64,000 nucleotides of DNA from Octopus sinensis (GCF_006345805.1 NC_043010.1:43152001-43216000), one strand, 5' to 3'. Shown: positions 1 to 15,085, numbered from the stretch's first letter. The notes: generated by a model not told the origin, from the sequence alone. A program made the numbers and translations.

Positions 1-35
<35 letters not shown>

Positions 36-58
36 ATATATAATATATATATATATAT
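1..58. repeat. (TA)n microsatellite
   Basis: Direct reading of the sequence. Confidence 0.95.
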
Positions 59-59
59 A

Positions 60-326
60 GGTGCAGGAGTAGCTGTGTGGTAAGTAGCTTGTTTCCCAAT
101 CACATGGTTCCGGGTTCAGTCTCACTGCAAGGAACGTTGAGCAAGAGCCTTGTGAGTGGATTTACTAGACGGAAACTGAAAGAAGCTCGTCGTATATATA
201 TGTGGGTGTGTTTGTGTTTGTCACCACCACCCCCATCGCTTGACCGATGCTGGTGTGTTTACGTGCCCATAACTTAACGGTTCGGCAAAAGTGACCGATA
301 GAATAAGTACCAGGCTTACAAAGAAT
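60..326 (+). mobile_element. tRNA-derived SINE family A, partial copy
   Basis: tRNA-like head (gtgcaggagtagctgtgtggtaag...gggttcagtc) and body (gccttgtgagtggattt...ggaaactgaaagaagc) recurring in many copies in this window. Confidence 0.85.
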
Positions 327-339
327 TTTAATACACTCA

Positions 340-755
340 CTGTATTCGTGACTGTCACTCCCGTGTGGGCCACTACAGTCCCAACAGACGCTGCACCACC
401 ATCAGCAGCTCTCTGCCGGCGTTACTGATTTTTCCTTCTGTCGAGTGCGCTTTTCTTAAGTAGCGAGTTCCTGTTTTTCTTCTCGCTTCATCCACTTTCG
501 CAGAATTTGTCTCTAGCGTGAGCGATCACTTGTCACCTCCTTCCATCTCAGGACGTCCAGATCAAGTGACTTCATATATCTCTTGTAGACATCCTTCAAA
601 CGAAGATGAGGTCATTCTCGTGCTCTTGTGCCGGTGGCCAATCCCTCATACAGGCGGTCTTTTGGGATCTTCCCGTCCGGCATGACCGAGCCAGCGCAGG
701 CGATTCTGCTAGACTCTGCTAGGATGAGCATACTGAGTATCTTGGCACGGTTGAG
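340..755 (-). mobile_element. RTE (BovB-like) LINE, 3' ORF fragment, decayed
   Basis: Minus-strand translation with frameshifts gives RLRWLGH..PDGKIPKDRLYEGLATGTR..PHLRLKDVYKR..W, typical of the RTE region after the RT domain. Confidence 0.8.
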
Positions 756-785
756 GACTTTTGGTGTTGATGATGCGTCTCAAAT

Positions 786-863
786 TATATATATACACAC
801 ACACACATGTATACATAAATATACATACATCTATACATATCTATCTATCTATCTATATATATA

Positions 864-894
<31 letters not shown>

Positions 895-933
895 ATATCT
901 ATATATCTATCTATCTATCTGTCTATCTGTCTG

Positions 934-988
<55 letters not shown>

Positions 989-991
989 GTA

Positions 992-1074
<83 letters not shown>

Positions 1075-1075
1075 A
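786..1075. repeat. (CA)/(TA)/(CTAT)n compound microsatellite
   Basis: Long CTAT run; explains the IYLS-repeat ORFs. Confidence 0.95.
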
Positions 1076-1814
1076 CACTTTGGTCTCTTATATATAAGTA
1101 TATATATATATCTAAATTTTGTACGACTCTATTATTCTTTCTATTCTTTCATTCTTTCCTTCTTTCTATCAGCCCCTTCACAATTACTTCCTTCATTCCA
1201 CTCATCGTTCTCCCTCTCTCACATTTCCTGGCCTTCTCTTCATGCTCACCTTCCCTCCCCTTTCACGTTACTCTGTCCCTTTCATTTTTTCTCGTCTTCT
1301 CCTTAATTCTTCTATCCCTCTGCCACTACCTCTCTCTCTTCTCTTCCCACGTGACCGGTGTTTGACCAAGCCTGACCTTTCTTTCTTGGTTCGACTACCA
1401 TCTGTACAACATCTATATTCCTTCCTGTGCCTGTCAAACCTTATGTCCCGACCGTAAGGCTTTACTTCCACACACGCCAGCTTAACTGAATTCATCCTTA
1501 GTCGAAAGACTCCTGTTATTTGTATTTGTCTACCATTTCTCCGTTTTTTTTCTGCCCTTGTTTTCATATACATTCGCTGCTTTCTTCCCAGGAATCTAGT
1601 GCTCTTAGCTTAGTTTTTTCTTGGGGCTAACCAGATTGGAGCAATCTCGAATATAACCAGCCGAAATTGCAAAGATAATCTGGAACTCGACTGAAGAAAG
1701 AAAACTCCGAATGACACGTCCTTGTTTTCTTTGTATCGTACGTCTGTCTGGATGTCTTATCCTCTTTTTTGCATCACCTAACTGTCTGGATGTTTTGCGT
1801 TCTTGTCCCATTTT

Positions 1815-1860
1815 ATACATACACACACACACACACAACACACACACACACACATATATA

Positions 1861-1921
<61 letters not shown>

Positions 1922-1927
1922 ATATAT
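1815..1927. repeat. (CA)n-(TA)n microsatellite
   Basis: Direct reading. Confidence 0.95.
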
Positions 1928-3182
1928 TTCGACAAAATTATTTTTAAAAATATGGCGTTACCTCATTCTTTAGATATATGAACAGAAATAATCGACTATA
2001 TTAGCGTAGTTCTGAAACGATTCAATAGATTTTTTAATCTTGCTTTGCAGAATTCCAGTGTTTTATAGTATTTCGAACAATTGCTAGTTTGTGCTTTAAT
2101 AAATAAAAATTAATTAAATAAAATATCAGTGGAACATTCTTGAAAAGAAATTATTTCCCATAATTCGACCAATTGTCAATTCGAGCAACTGTTACTTCTA
2201 TCAACTGTTTCTCAGTCATGTCTTCGGTAAATTATATTTTGATCAACTGATTTTAATCTACTGTCAGCATACTATATATTAATAATAATTTCAAATAAGA
2301 GTAAGAATAGAAATTATCCTAATTATTCTTAATTAATAGAAGAAAGTTGTGTTTAGAAACACTGACCGTATGAAATAACACATAAATAAGTGTTTATGCT
2401 AAATTTTGAATTATATATAAAAGATTTGAGAGGAAGATATTGTGAATTAATTATTCGAATTTGGCGAGAGAATATCTACAATTTAGTTGTAATTAAAACT
2501 TTACCGTTAAGTAGAGGAATTAAAAACATGTAGGGTTTAAAAACAATTAAATGGTGAAGTTAATGATGAGAGTTAACTCCCTTGAAAAATATCTATTAAT
2601 AAAAAAAAATATAACATTCTCTAAAAATTCACAAAATGAATATTTTTATTGTTTTTCTTTTTGTATGCACCAATTATGTGTACAATTTTTAGGGGAATCG
2701 TGATTCTAAATAAAAGCCGAAACCAGAATTCAAATGATTTTTCTAAAATATGGATAGAAACAGACAACTGAACGCCTGGAAATTTATATTTTATTTTAGT
2801 ATATATTCTTAGCTTCTTTATATATGTATACATATACAGACACATATCAACATATTTACATGCATTTGTGAGTATACACATTAATAAATATGCATACATC
2901 TTGAGAGGAAGAGAAGGGTAAGCATATATAGAATAAATACTGAAAGAGATTGGGGGACATTAGTGTTAATATTTTTAATGAAAAAATGTCTTAGTGAGAA
3001 ATTCGGACTGAGGCTGGCTTAATTAATCCAAGACACTGTCTATGTAAACAAACCTAAGCCCTACCACCCAACACCACAACTAGGCCATCATGGATTATTT
3101 CCCTTCCCAAGTTTCTTGCTTTTCAACAAACCCCAATCAATAGAAAACGTGCGCATTATCTGAGCTATGTCCCGTTTTCCAG

Positions 3183-3284
3183 GCTGTCAGACAGATCTAA
3201 TATGCTTTAGAAAATAGAATTGGAAAATCTGACAGAAACATTGCTTGTGACAATATCGAAATATCTCATTTCAAAATCTCCCAT
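3183..3284 (+). other. Candidate non-coding upstream exon, possibly 5'UTR of ZNF-A
   Basis: ttttccAG at 3181-3182 and cat|GTAAGT at 3285, with a CpG-containing cgtgcgcat motif just upstream; no transcript evidence and chance signals are common. Confidence 0.2.
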
Positions 3285-6200
3285 GTAAGTTAACATTGAT
3301 AACGATGCTAATCTGTATGTGTAGGCAAGGCTGTATGTTCAATGTATATACGTGTAAGCGTACGCAGTCTAAATATGTGACAATGTTTATAGTTATGTAC
3401 ATCTATTCTCTACACAGTTATTATATGCATGCATTTGCTTACGACCTGTCTAATGCTATGCAGATACATGTAATTATTTATTCTTGGCAGTTGGCATGCT
3501 GCAAAACAATATTTCTTGTGTTCGTGATTTTTTGATGAGGATTTTGTTTGTTTATTTGTTGCACTGTCCCTTTCTTCTGCTCGCCTCGCACCCACCTCTT
3601 TATTTCTATTTCTCACTTCTTACTCTCTGCTTCACTCATTTTTACTCCGCCCTTCCCTCATTTATTTTCCTTACCTCTTCATCCCTCGAGTGCATGTGTG
3701 CTTAATTGTATCAAAGTTACGCGCTTTCATGTTTTTCTTGCAGTCTGGTTTACTCCAGACGGGCTCTGAATTCGGGCAGATTCATATTGTTTCCTGCCAG
3801 TCTACCTGCTTTCTCATGGATACATGCAAGGAATTTATGGATCCTGTTTTAGCATTTAGCATGTCTTAATTAAAGATGCTTTCTCTGTGGATCATTCATC
3901 TAATTTTTTTTTTTTTTTTTGCTTAACTAAGAATCAAGCTGAAAGCAGAGAATATGCTATTAACCTCCTTGCTAGTACTCATTGCTTGAGTCTGTAATAC
4001 GGCAACCCCTTTTATTGAATAAAACTGAGTCTAGATAGTATTTGAATACCTCTGCATTAATAAAATATCCGAATGGCGTCATTACCATATATGCGTGTCA
4101 GAAATGCAGGTTTAGAAAATGATGTTTTGCAGTAATAGTCCATTGCTAAGTGTTTTTGCTCACACCACCATCATCATAACCGCTTTTTCATCATCACCAT
4201 CATCATCATCAGTATTATTTCTCTCAGTAAATTATATTGTCATTTAGGCAAAACTTATAAATGCATAAACTTGCTGAAGAACAACGTCAATTATGTTAAT
4301 TTCAACCGCAAGTGTAGAACTTCAATAAGGTCAGGGTGGTCAGAAGGTGCTTTAAGGAATTCACCTAGGAGAATCGAAACTTTAATGCAAATTCGATTTT
4401 GATTCACTATATTTAATGCTTCCCAGTAGTGTTTCTCACAGTGGGATGAATATATATAAATATATATATATGAGGATTGAAAGGGGGTGGACAAATTGGC
4501 ATGTTTAAACTTCAATTTGACCATCACTGATAAATAAAGAAGAATTATATGGATATAAAATCTATTGCTTTCTCATTAATAGAGGGTGATGCTTGTCTGT
4601 TTGAGACACCCTGTTATAATATATACAAACGAATACATTCCGTTTATACTATGTGAATGAAATACTTGGTTGATATACACTTATTTAAAGCTTTATGAGG
4701 TACAGATGATATTGGTTTATTTATTAGATACGTCTATCACCTGTTTATGTATATAAGCAATGCTTTATGAAATACCCATCAGTACCATTTATTCAATCTT
4801 TGATTCTAGTCTAGTCTGGAATTTTAGCCTCTGATTCTATAATGTATTGAAAATCTCCACAATATCGCTAATTCATAAAGATGACAATAGTAAACATAAG
4901 ATGGCAACATTGTTGGAATATAAGAATCTGTTACATATTCATTTTTAAAGATGTTTTGGAAGCAAGATATTTCGTAGGCCACTTATGTCAACTGGTACAA
5001 GTATCATATTCCTTTTTAAAACATTGTATTGACAGAACTGTTACATACTGATTAATAAGTGACAGCCACAGGACCTGTCATAGATTTACTTTTCCTACAT
5101 TATAGGATTAGTAAATAATTGGTAGCAGGTTCATAGTTAGTACTGAAACCTAATACATCACATAAAAGCTGATACATTCATTTTGCTGTCATTGTCATCT
5201 AATTTGTGGTCCATCTGTTATCTTTCACATTGTGAACTAATCCTTTTTGATTTCTCTCAGCAAATCTACTTACTCCAGTTTGCCTTATTAAATAGGCTCC
5301 ACTCCTTCTCTTGAGTAACTGAGCATCTTAGAAATATATGACTAAATAGCAGTAGATCCCTCATTGCTCACCTTTTCTGCTCATCAGATCCTTCATCGTG
5401 GTACCTCTCCATTTTTTATCTTGTCTTATACTATGGTTCTCCTGTATCCCATATGTGATGGGAACAGCTCATCTTTTAAGTGGATTAACTCAACCTCACA
5501 GGTTAAATAACTAGCTTGATTGCTCTTTTTTTGGGGGCTGCATACACCCACAAAAATTTCACACATATGCTATTCTCTTCACATGCCTGTATACATACCA
5601 TCCACACCACCATAATTCACTAAACACACATATACACATTATACACACTTGCAAATAAACCACATACCCTGTACTTCCCTTCACTATCACTCTCTTTCTT
5701 ATAAAATTCCATTTCCTATCCTTACCACCTTTGTTTCATGATTATAAACTCATATGCACATGATTTTCTTTTTTGCTTTTTTATTCCTTCCTTTCTCTTT
5801 TTATGATGAAAGACAAATATTTCAAAATGTAAGAAGATTCATGTACTTTTCTTTATCCCTGCATGTGCTAATTTATTAACTTTGCATTTCCATTATTTCT
5901 TTGTGTTGTATTTAAAATACTGTCTTAGACAAAACATACACACATTGAATAGTAAAAATCAGAAAAGCATCTCTACAGCTGTTTCAGTAGCTAGAGTAAA
6001 AGCACCATCATTTATGTGATTATGTAATTAACATATATAATTATTTAATTATCACATTTAATGTGAAAGGTTAACAATTTTCTCTAGAGAAAAAAAAAAT
6101 GGAAATTAAAATGCTGTTGCTGTTTTAAATAATCAATGAGACAGAGAGAAGAAAAAAAAAAGACAGATAAAATAAAACCCAAAAAGAAAACAATAAATAA

Positions 6201-6890
6201 GAAAGGAAAATTTTCAGAGGGAATGAATGATGTTTTCTGAGAAACTGGATAGCCCATTGCATTTAAATTAATTATGGTAGTTAATTACATAATTATAAAA
6301 ACGATAATTTACTCTATCAATTGAAGTAGCTGTAGAGAAAATCAAACTCTGAATCATATATGAAATTTATGATTTTTCTGCTTTTCTAAATATGTTGCTC
6401 TGAACTATCATTTTAACTGATTCTATATATACAAGTAAATTTACTCCACTAATATTCGTTATAATGCTATTATGTATTCAAGTTTAACAGTGTGTTAATA
6501 ATTGAGTTCTTAAATACAGTGGATATATTTTATGATGTTTATACACACTTTTCCAGTGTATGGTATTTGTAAGTTTGTGTTATTAACAAAATAAAGAAAA
6601 TTCAACACACATTGTAGAATAATATATTTTGTATATTATTGTAGACTATTTTAAATATTGCCAGCCAGTGTGAAACTCTAGGTTATGGCTAGAATAAAAC
6701 AATATGCACCCTCAATAAAATAATATATAAATACTGTTACGCAAATTCAAGTCACTTCTCCATGAACGTTTGAATTCAAGTAACAACTAAAGAAAAAATT
6801 GCTGTTAAGTCCTATGAGGAAGAAAATAAAAGAGACTGAATCCATTCAACATTCTAATTCCCTTCTTTCTTATTATTGTTCTTATTTGAT

Positions 6891-7279
6891 AGGAGGCGCA
6901 ATGGCCCAGTGGTTAGGGCAGCGGACTCGCGGTCATAGGATCGCGGTTTCGATTCCCAGACTGGGCGTTGTGAGTGTTTATTGAGCGAAAACACCCAAAG
7001 CTCCACAAGGCTCCGGCAGGGGATGGTGGTGATCCCTGCTGTACTCTTTCACCACAACTTTCTCTCACTCTTACTTCCTGTTTCTGTTGTACCTGTATTT
7101 CAAAGGGCCGGCCTTGTCACTCTCTGTGTCACGCTGAATATCCCTGAGAACTACGTTAAGGGTACACGTGTCTGTGGAGTGCTCAGCCACTTACACGTTA
7201 ATTTCACGAGCAGGCTGTTCCGTTGATTCGGATCAACCGGAATCCTCGTCGTCGTAACCGACGGAGTGCTTCCATCCCA
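6891..7279 (+). mobile_element. Full-length tRNA-derived SINE family C with 11-bp target-site duplication
   Basis: A box TGGCCCAGTGG, B box GTTTCGATTCC; TCTTATTTGAT at 6880-6890 and 7280-7290; 3' tail shared with the element at 30342-30666. Confidence 0.9.
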
Positions 7280-10200
7280 TCTTATTTGATTCTCTTTAAA
7301 TCTCTATATGATTTGAAAAAGTCAAAATAACTTACATGATTTTCATAAATTAAATTTCAATATTACACTGCTGAAAAATTAATTAAGATTAAAATAAGTA
7401 TATGCAATTGGAATTCTATTACTTGTGTGTGTGTGTGTATACATACAGATGTTACTCACTGTTACTCAAGAAAGATGTCTCTGCCTTGTGTGGACATGTG
7501 CTATGAATGGGCAATGAAGGTTGGGTTAAAAATAGCCTGAGATTTCTGGTTTTATGATACAAAACCTTTCATCTTAAATTAAAATCTGTCAAATTCATGA
7601 AAGAAGCTTTTTATTAAGTTATGTTTCAAACAGCAGTTTAATGATAAACATTTGAAATATGGTCACATAATGGTTGAATATTAAAGATTAGTTAAAGTAT
7701 TGAAGGCCTTAATAAAAATAAAATTACCTTTTTAAAGAAAAAGTTCTGTAAATATTGAATAAATACTGTTTAATACAGTAACAGTAGTCTAATGACAAAA
7801 AATAATTTAGGATGTAGTTTTCCTGTTCATGAAGATTTATAATCTACATTGCACAACACTAATTGTAAAAATAGCTATATATTAAGTCAGTGTAGTTCCC
7901 ACTGAAATCCAAGTTATACAATAACCACAGACCAGTAATTGTAGCAGGATGAAAACTTAATTGGCTTAATTCTGTGCTTTCTAATGCATACATTCCAATC
8001 TCTTGAAGTGTAATCTAAGTACCCTATATCAGTTCTTCTGTTATATGCCCTCATTTAAGGATATTTTTTACTAGCAGAATACATCATCCATTTGTGTTAC
8101 TTGTAAACTCCAATCATTGTGGTTGAGCTCATATTGATTTAACAATATATTTGCTCTTATTTAGTTACTACTTGAAACTGCCCTACAACATTCAACAAAG
8201 AAATTCACTTCATAGCTTTGGTCCTAATGCATAATACTTTCAACAAATATCTTTTTCCATAGCCTTAGCTCAGCCTTATGAGTGATATCAAGCTGAGGCC
8301 TGTCAGACTGATGGTACCTTTGTCCTGATGAACTCCACCATCATCACCTGGCCTTTGAGCACCTTTAGCAAACCCCAGTCAGTTGCAAGCATTTGAACCA
8401 GATCTCTGATCTCAAAATATCTTCTTTCTAGCTTCCAGTGTTGGAGGCCTTTAAATATATGATGGTTGCTGCTCTTCCACTTCTAAGTCATAATAAAAAA
8501 AAATAAGCAACTTTTCAGGTGAAGAAAAATTTCCTTTTATCATTGACTAATAGAATCCCCCAAACTTCTTCCACATTCTCTGTGACTTACAAAGTAACAG
8601 TAGCTTTGTTTCAATCTGTAATATATTTACCTTATTATTTACATAACCTCCTTACTTTGGTTGATAACATGGTACTAATACATGTAGTACACTTAATGTG
8701 TTGTTTGTACTTGGGAAACTTCTTCAACATTTCTAAAGCTATTCGTTGCATTCCATTCCATATATAAGCTAAGTTAGATGTTACTCCTTGGTTTTGAGCA
8801 TAGAAATTCTCATACGACATGGTTGGGTTTTGAATGTTCATACTGCCAACTAAAACGTTAGTTTAGGCTTATCAAGGATGACCATCAGTTTTATTTTATT
8901 AAAAAATTTTTTTTTCATACTTTCACAACATACTTTCACATACTTTAACATGTGAGGCTGATTGAAAAGAAATTATGTTACTTGTGTGAAATGTATGTCA
9001 TAGTCGAAACTTCAGTAGTTGCATATTTGTGCAGATCTGCTCCTCTTTTGTTTTATGTTGGGACTACCAACTGGTCTCATTAGTCCTGAACAGCAAGAAT
9101 ACATTAACAGATATAGATTTTTTTTTCTTATTTCCTTCTTGGATTTATTTGCCTAAAATAAACACTCAGACTAGTATTAGAAAGATAGTCTGTTTGCCAT
9201 TTTAGATTTACTCTAAAATAAACCTAAATAAGCCCAAACATGTAAATTTTGGTGTATGTGTGTGTATGGGCATTGGTCATAACATTGACTAATCTAGAAT
9301 CATTTTAAAAGAATTAAAGTAAAAGATACAGTATTAATTCTTTTCTTCTTTTTTTTAATAATGATGCTAGCATTTTACTTGTGAAAAGCAAAGTTAATTG
9401 AAATAACACTTCATATGTTACTGATAATTTTTGTCATAACAAAAAGGATAAAAAGTAAAGCTGACTTTAGTTAGATTTTAACTCCGAACTGTACAACACT
9501 AGGAAAAAGTTAACAATTATCTGTAAAGTGTAATGTTAATAAACATCAGTAAAACATGTTAGTTGAATGTATTGGTTGAAATGAGAAATAGTTTTTATAT
9601 ATTAAAACAAAATTCTTCTTGGTAAAAGTATCACTTAACATTGTTCATTAGATTGTCTATGGGTCACATACTCTCACCTGTGCTGTGTTGTATCTGGCAA
9701 AGACACTAGGTAGACCAAATATTGTAATATTGAAGAGCAGCTTATATTATAGGGTAAATGATGAGATTGTACTGCAGCTCAAATAGTGATATTGGAGGGC
9801 ATCTACAATGTAATACTGATGTTTGGACAAAAGTGTAATATTATATGCCATGACAACATGTAATATCAGAGCAGCTATATTATTATATTGTAGGACAAGA
9901 AAAATATTATATGACATGACATGCCAAATTGTGATATTATGAGCCAAAATGTGATATACAGCAAGACAAAATATAATACTAGAGTGGAATCAAAATGATA
10001 TTTTTGAGATATAATGTATTAGATTGTAGAGCACATTAAATTTTGTAGAACAGTAAAAAGCTGGATATTGTTGAGCAGGCATAGTTTGAAACAGTAAAAT
10101 TGACATTTTGCTTTCTCTATTGCTGTAACTGATGAAACTGAGTTTGCTTTTTATATTTATATGAGTTAATGAAAATTAGTGTCGGAAATACAGGAGATAA

Positions 10201-10387
10201 ATTTCACCATATAATATGTTATATGAGTTTATGTTTGTATGCATAGGCTGTAGTTCTACCAGTGTCACATGTAACACCTTTAAACTATAAAACATTTGTC
10301 ACAAAACAAATATTTCTTCTTGCAAAGGTTCATGAATTGGTACTTGCTTGAGGAAGTATTGTGTGTGTGTGTGTATATATATATACT

Positions 10388-10437
<50 letters not shown>

Positions 10438-10689
10438 AATAAAAAAACAGGAAAAAACAAAAGTCAATTAGACGTACACAGTGAATATATTAAATTGACG
10501 TTCAGTAAACATTTTAGTTTGAAAAATAGGAGTGGAAATGATGTTTTGAGCATGCCTCTTCATCTGAAAGAGGAAAAAGTTCTGAGAGGAAGAAAAGGAG
10601 GAAGAAATAGTCCAGAGAAAAGCACATATATTATTACACATGCGTCATTACATGGTTGAAAAATAACTGACCAGAAGTTGGACGAGATA

Positions 10690-12060
10690 GAGAATGTGGT
10701 TGTAGAAAGGCAGAAGGGTGCAAAAATGGCCACTGTGTGTGAGTATGTGTGTGTGTGTGTGTGAATGCATGTGTTACTGTGTATACATGTGTTTGTGTGT
10801 GTGCATATGAGTGTGTGTGTACAGGTATGTGTATGTATATATGTTTGTGTGCCAGTGTGGGCAAGGAGTACATGCTATGATATGCAAACGTGTGTGTGTG
10901 TGTGGGGGGATCTGAGTTATGTATGTGGGTGTGTGGAAGGTGTGGAAGATAAATGGAATGAGAAAAAAGGAGGAGACATCAGAGGAAAGGAGAATGAGAG
11001 GGAAAAGAGAGTTGGAAGCAGTTACAAGAAGGAATGGGTTGTGTTAAGCCCAAACAGTGTATGAGTTTGTTGTGTGAAAGTCTGGTGGAAGTGGTTCCAT
11101 GGTGTAAGGCCAGGCTGAAGTCAGTGAGGTGTTTGGTGGAGTGGTTGGCTGAGCAGAATTGACAGGTGATGGGGGGGGGGATTTTGGAGGCAGATATCTC
11201 ATAAATGTTCTGCAAATCTGTCAGCTTGATGGTGGCCAGACTGTCCAACATATAATGGGCTGCAAAGGGTACATTTGAGGCAATAAATGATGTTGGAAGA
11301 GATACAAGAGAAAGAGTCAAGGATATGAATAGTGTGTTGGCTAGTCCCAGTGAGGGAGGTGCTGTTGGTGTGGCACTGGGGTCTGGAGCAAGGGAAAGAT
11401 CCAGGGAGAAGGGAAGGGCTACAGACCAGTTGCTAGCATAGGTTTCAGGCTCATTTGAAGGAGGGAAGGTGGGTTAGGGAAAACAGAAGGTTGCAGGATT
11501 GGATAAAGGTTGAAAGGCCTGTAAGATTTTCTAATGAAGGGGTAGGGTAGAAGGGTCGAAAAAGAGGGGAAAGGAGATGCAGGTGAGAGACAGGTGTGAG
11601 GAAAGAGAGAGGGCTGAAGTGCAGTCAACTTAGTATGCACAGGTAAGGGCAACATGGACAAGATTGGAGGGTATTCACAATGAGTGAATAAACGGGCCAA
11701 ATATTGAGACTGAGTCTCAAAATCTCAGTCACAGCTGCACAGACATCAGGGATGGAGGAATTAGGAGTAGTGGATATACCATTTAGTTTGGGAGGGGTGG
11801 AAGGAGAAAAAATTGAGGTGGAGTTGGGAATTAGTAGTTTGAAAATGCTGAAAGTGGTAGAGAATGATTGAGGGCATCATTAGAGAGAGAGAGAGAGTTG
11901 AGTTGTCCAGGAAGTTGAAAGAGATGACAGAGGTGAGCTCAAGGGATGGATGAAAGGTAGAAACAGAAGAGGTGAAATTACTGAGTCATTTACTGCAGTT
12001 GTCTATGTACTGACTATAGTTCTAGGTAGGTCAGTGGCTTGAGAGAAGATTTAGGCCTTG
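10690..12060 (-). mobile_element. Penelope-like retroelement fragment (RT C-terminus plus GIY-YIG endonuclease), decayed
   Basis: Minus strand reads QYIDNC (YIDD motif, about 12000), FPNPP linker, and CISSNIIYCLKCTLCSPLYVGQSG..DRFAEHL (GIY-YIG, 11241-11294), then FCSANHS..LALHHG..LIHCLG. Confidence 0.85.
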
Positions 12061-12119
12061 ACATAATCAACAAATAAGTGGGCAAAGTTGGAGCTCATTC
12101 TCACTCTCACAGTGACTCC

Positions 12120-12121
12120 AG

Positions 12122-12156
<35 letters not shown>

Positions 12157-12990
12157 TACATACATATATATACACCACCTAACTCAGTACCCTCACCACA
12201 CACACCACCATACAAACACCCATACACTGTTCCACTCTGTACTCACATCACACCATTATGCACACACCCACACACACCTTCCCACTCCACACACACTAGC
12301 ACCCAACACCTCCCAGTACCCACACCACACACCATTATGCACACACCTTCCCATTCCATAAACACCCAATACCTGCCAACCCTAACTCCTGTCACCCCCT
12401 ATCCCACCTCTCAACCCCTAACTCTTGGTATCTGTATCCTACCTCACACCTCTATGCATTCCCCCACAACACATTATTTTCTCCAAAAAAGCACACAATG
12501 CACATGTACACGGATAATATACACACACACACACACATGCTTAAAACACATACAACTTTCACACACATACATACACACGTGCACACACACATACTTACAC
12601 ACGTGCACACACCACCCGAACAAGTACATATCAACTGCTACACACACGCATTTGCACACACACACAAATGCACGAAATGCACATCACTCAGTGCACGCTC
12701 TAATTTACTTGTACACATACACATGCTCCCATATACCCGCACAGCCTATGATTTTGCACATGCACACACTCACACACACACACACACACACATGTCCATA
12801 TGCACTAACACATACACGCCAGTTCATGAAGCACACATCACTCCACAAAATGTATGCATTAGGTCAATTATACACATACACACAGGACCACATAATTTTA
12901 AGCTCACCCACATATACATTCACATGTGCTCGCCCCTGTTCACACATACACACTCACACACACCATTTCTCACATATGCACATGCACTTG
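12120..12990. repeat. CA/TA-rich low-complexity tract
   Basis: Degenerate (CA)n; source of the HT-rich ORFs. Confidence 0.85.
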
Positions 12991-13199
12991 GACATCCTAG
13001 TTTGACCAGGTCACCTTTATTATCTCCCTTTCACTCAGCCTCTTTCTTCTGGCCTTTTCATTGTGTTGAACCATTAATCCCTACCTATTTTTCTTCTCTT
13101 TGTTTTTTTCATTCTCTCTCCATTTTTTTTTACCTCTCAATCCTTTCTGTCAAAGAGTGTAGGCTCAAAATGTCAAAATCTTTTCCATTCTTCCCAAGC

Positions 13200-14297
13200 A
13201 TTACACTTTAAGTGACTGACACTTTTTTATACAGCTGTCTTCATCCATGCCCATCAGACAACAAAACCAGCACAGTCTTCTCTCTTGCACAATACATGAT
13301 TCCTCTTATGCTTGATTTTTCTCTTAATACCTTGGTGCTGTACATGCACACTGACATTGCACACCCAACAGAATATACTAGCTTCATTCCTTTCTAGTCT
13401 TTGTATATGCTCTGCATTCAGTACCCATGTTTCACTACCATGTAGCATTGCTATTTGTATATAAGCATCATAGTCTGCCTTTCAATCAGAGAGAGAAAAC
13501 TTTTGTCATCAGCAGATGTAGTAGTCCTCTGAACTTTCCCCATCCAATTCTTATTCTAGCAACTATACTTTCAGAACATCCTTTTCCACTACTTACAGAA
13601 AGTTCCTACTACCTGTAGGACACCTCCAGAGCATTCAAGAAAAATCTATTTCTTGTGTGTAATTAGTTTTTATTGTTTTTGTGCGTCTCCTACATACAAA
13701 GGCTACTTTCTCTGTTAGCCTTCTTGTGAATCCACTCTACCTCTTGTGTGCCCATAACTTGCACTGAATACATTGTATGGAATTCTTACCTCCACCTTTC
13801 CCTATATATCAAGCTGGGCCATTTATCAAATGGGATTAGAGTCTGTCTACTTTTCTGCTAACTAGAACTTTAAACTTTAAGGCCCTGTATTCTTTTCTAA
13901 TTCTACTATAAATTCTGTTATCAGAACAAGGTCATCAGCATATAATAGTTCCCAAGGGCAGTCAGTCTTAAATTCCTCTGTTTTGGCCTGGAGGACTATG
14001 ATGAACAAAGCCCTGGTGAACTCCTATGTGTACTCTAAATTCATCACTGTACATGGCTAACTCTTACTTTACTGACAGTTCTGTACATGGCTTGTATGGT
14101 GATCATAAGCTATTTGTCTATCCCTGACTACCTCAAAGGCTACCAGATCACAGAACATGGGACTATGTCGAAGGTTATCTCCTGTTTGACAAATACTAAG
14201 TATAATGGCTTACTTTTAGCTACCTGCAGTTGTCTTATTAGGAAGATGGCATCAGTAGTACTTCTCTCTGACACAAAACCAAACTGCAGTAGATATT
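13200..14297 (-). mobile_element. RTE LINE RT fragment, decayed
   Basis: Minus strand: QFGFVSERSTTDAIFLIRQLQ...CPWELLYADDLVL...MLHGSETWVLNAEHIQRLERNE. Confidence 0.9.
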
Positions 14298-14789
14298 GAA
14301 AAGAGAGAGGGAGAGAGAGGAGATGTAAAATAATTAGCTATAGAAATTACATATTAGCAAATGAACAAAAAAGCATAAAACTTAGCTGGATTGATGATTC
14401 TTGAAGCATATAGTGGTGGTGATTTGATGATATGCTCAAAATTAGGTAATTCCCACATTGGTCAAAATATGGATATGCATTAAGCATGTTTAGTGTGCAA
14501 AACTCGGCCTGGCTTGGAAAATTGTGGTGTAGGAGGTATCCTCCACTTGGATAAGATAATGTTAATATGTCTAGTGAAAAATTTTAGTTCTAGAATTTAA
14601 GTAACTGTTGTAGGTCATTCTTTTTGATTTATAAAGGCTGCATCTCCCTGACCCATTCACATACAATTTTGATCTCTCATGGTCCCACCATTTAATGCTG
14701 TAAGTAATGCTATTCTCCCTTGGTTTCCAGATGTGGTTTTCTAACACCATTTTATATCAGGTACTTGAGATGACTTTGGTTTTGTATAC

Positions 14790-15018
14790 TTTACTCTTTA
14801 GTTTCAGTCATTTGACTGTGGCCATGCTGGAGCACCACCTTTAGTCGAACAGATCGACCCCAGGACTTATTCTTTGGATGCCTAGTACTTATTCTATCGG
14901 TCTCTTTTGCCAAATCGCTAAGTTATGGGGATGTAAACACACCATCATCGGTTGTCAAGTGATGTTGGAGGGATAAACACAGACACACAAACATATACAC
15001 ACACAGACACACACATAT

Positions 15019-15085
<67 letters not shown>

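Noticed and set aside
628-1365. 245-aa ORF and overlapping IYLS/YIYI ORFs
   Set aside because: Translation of (CTAT)n and (TA)n microsatellites plus the antisense of an RTE fragment.
6892-6970. tRNA gene
   Set aside because: A and B boxes are present, but the sequence continues into a SINE body and tail with an 11-bp TSD; the same applies to the heads of SINE families A and B.
12088-13211. 305-aa and 237-aa His/Thr-rich ORFs
   Set aside because: Products of a degenerate (CA)n tract, with no domain or codon structure.
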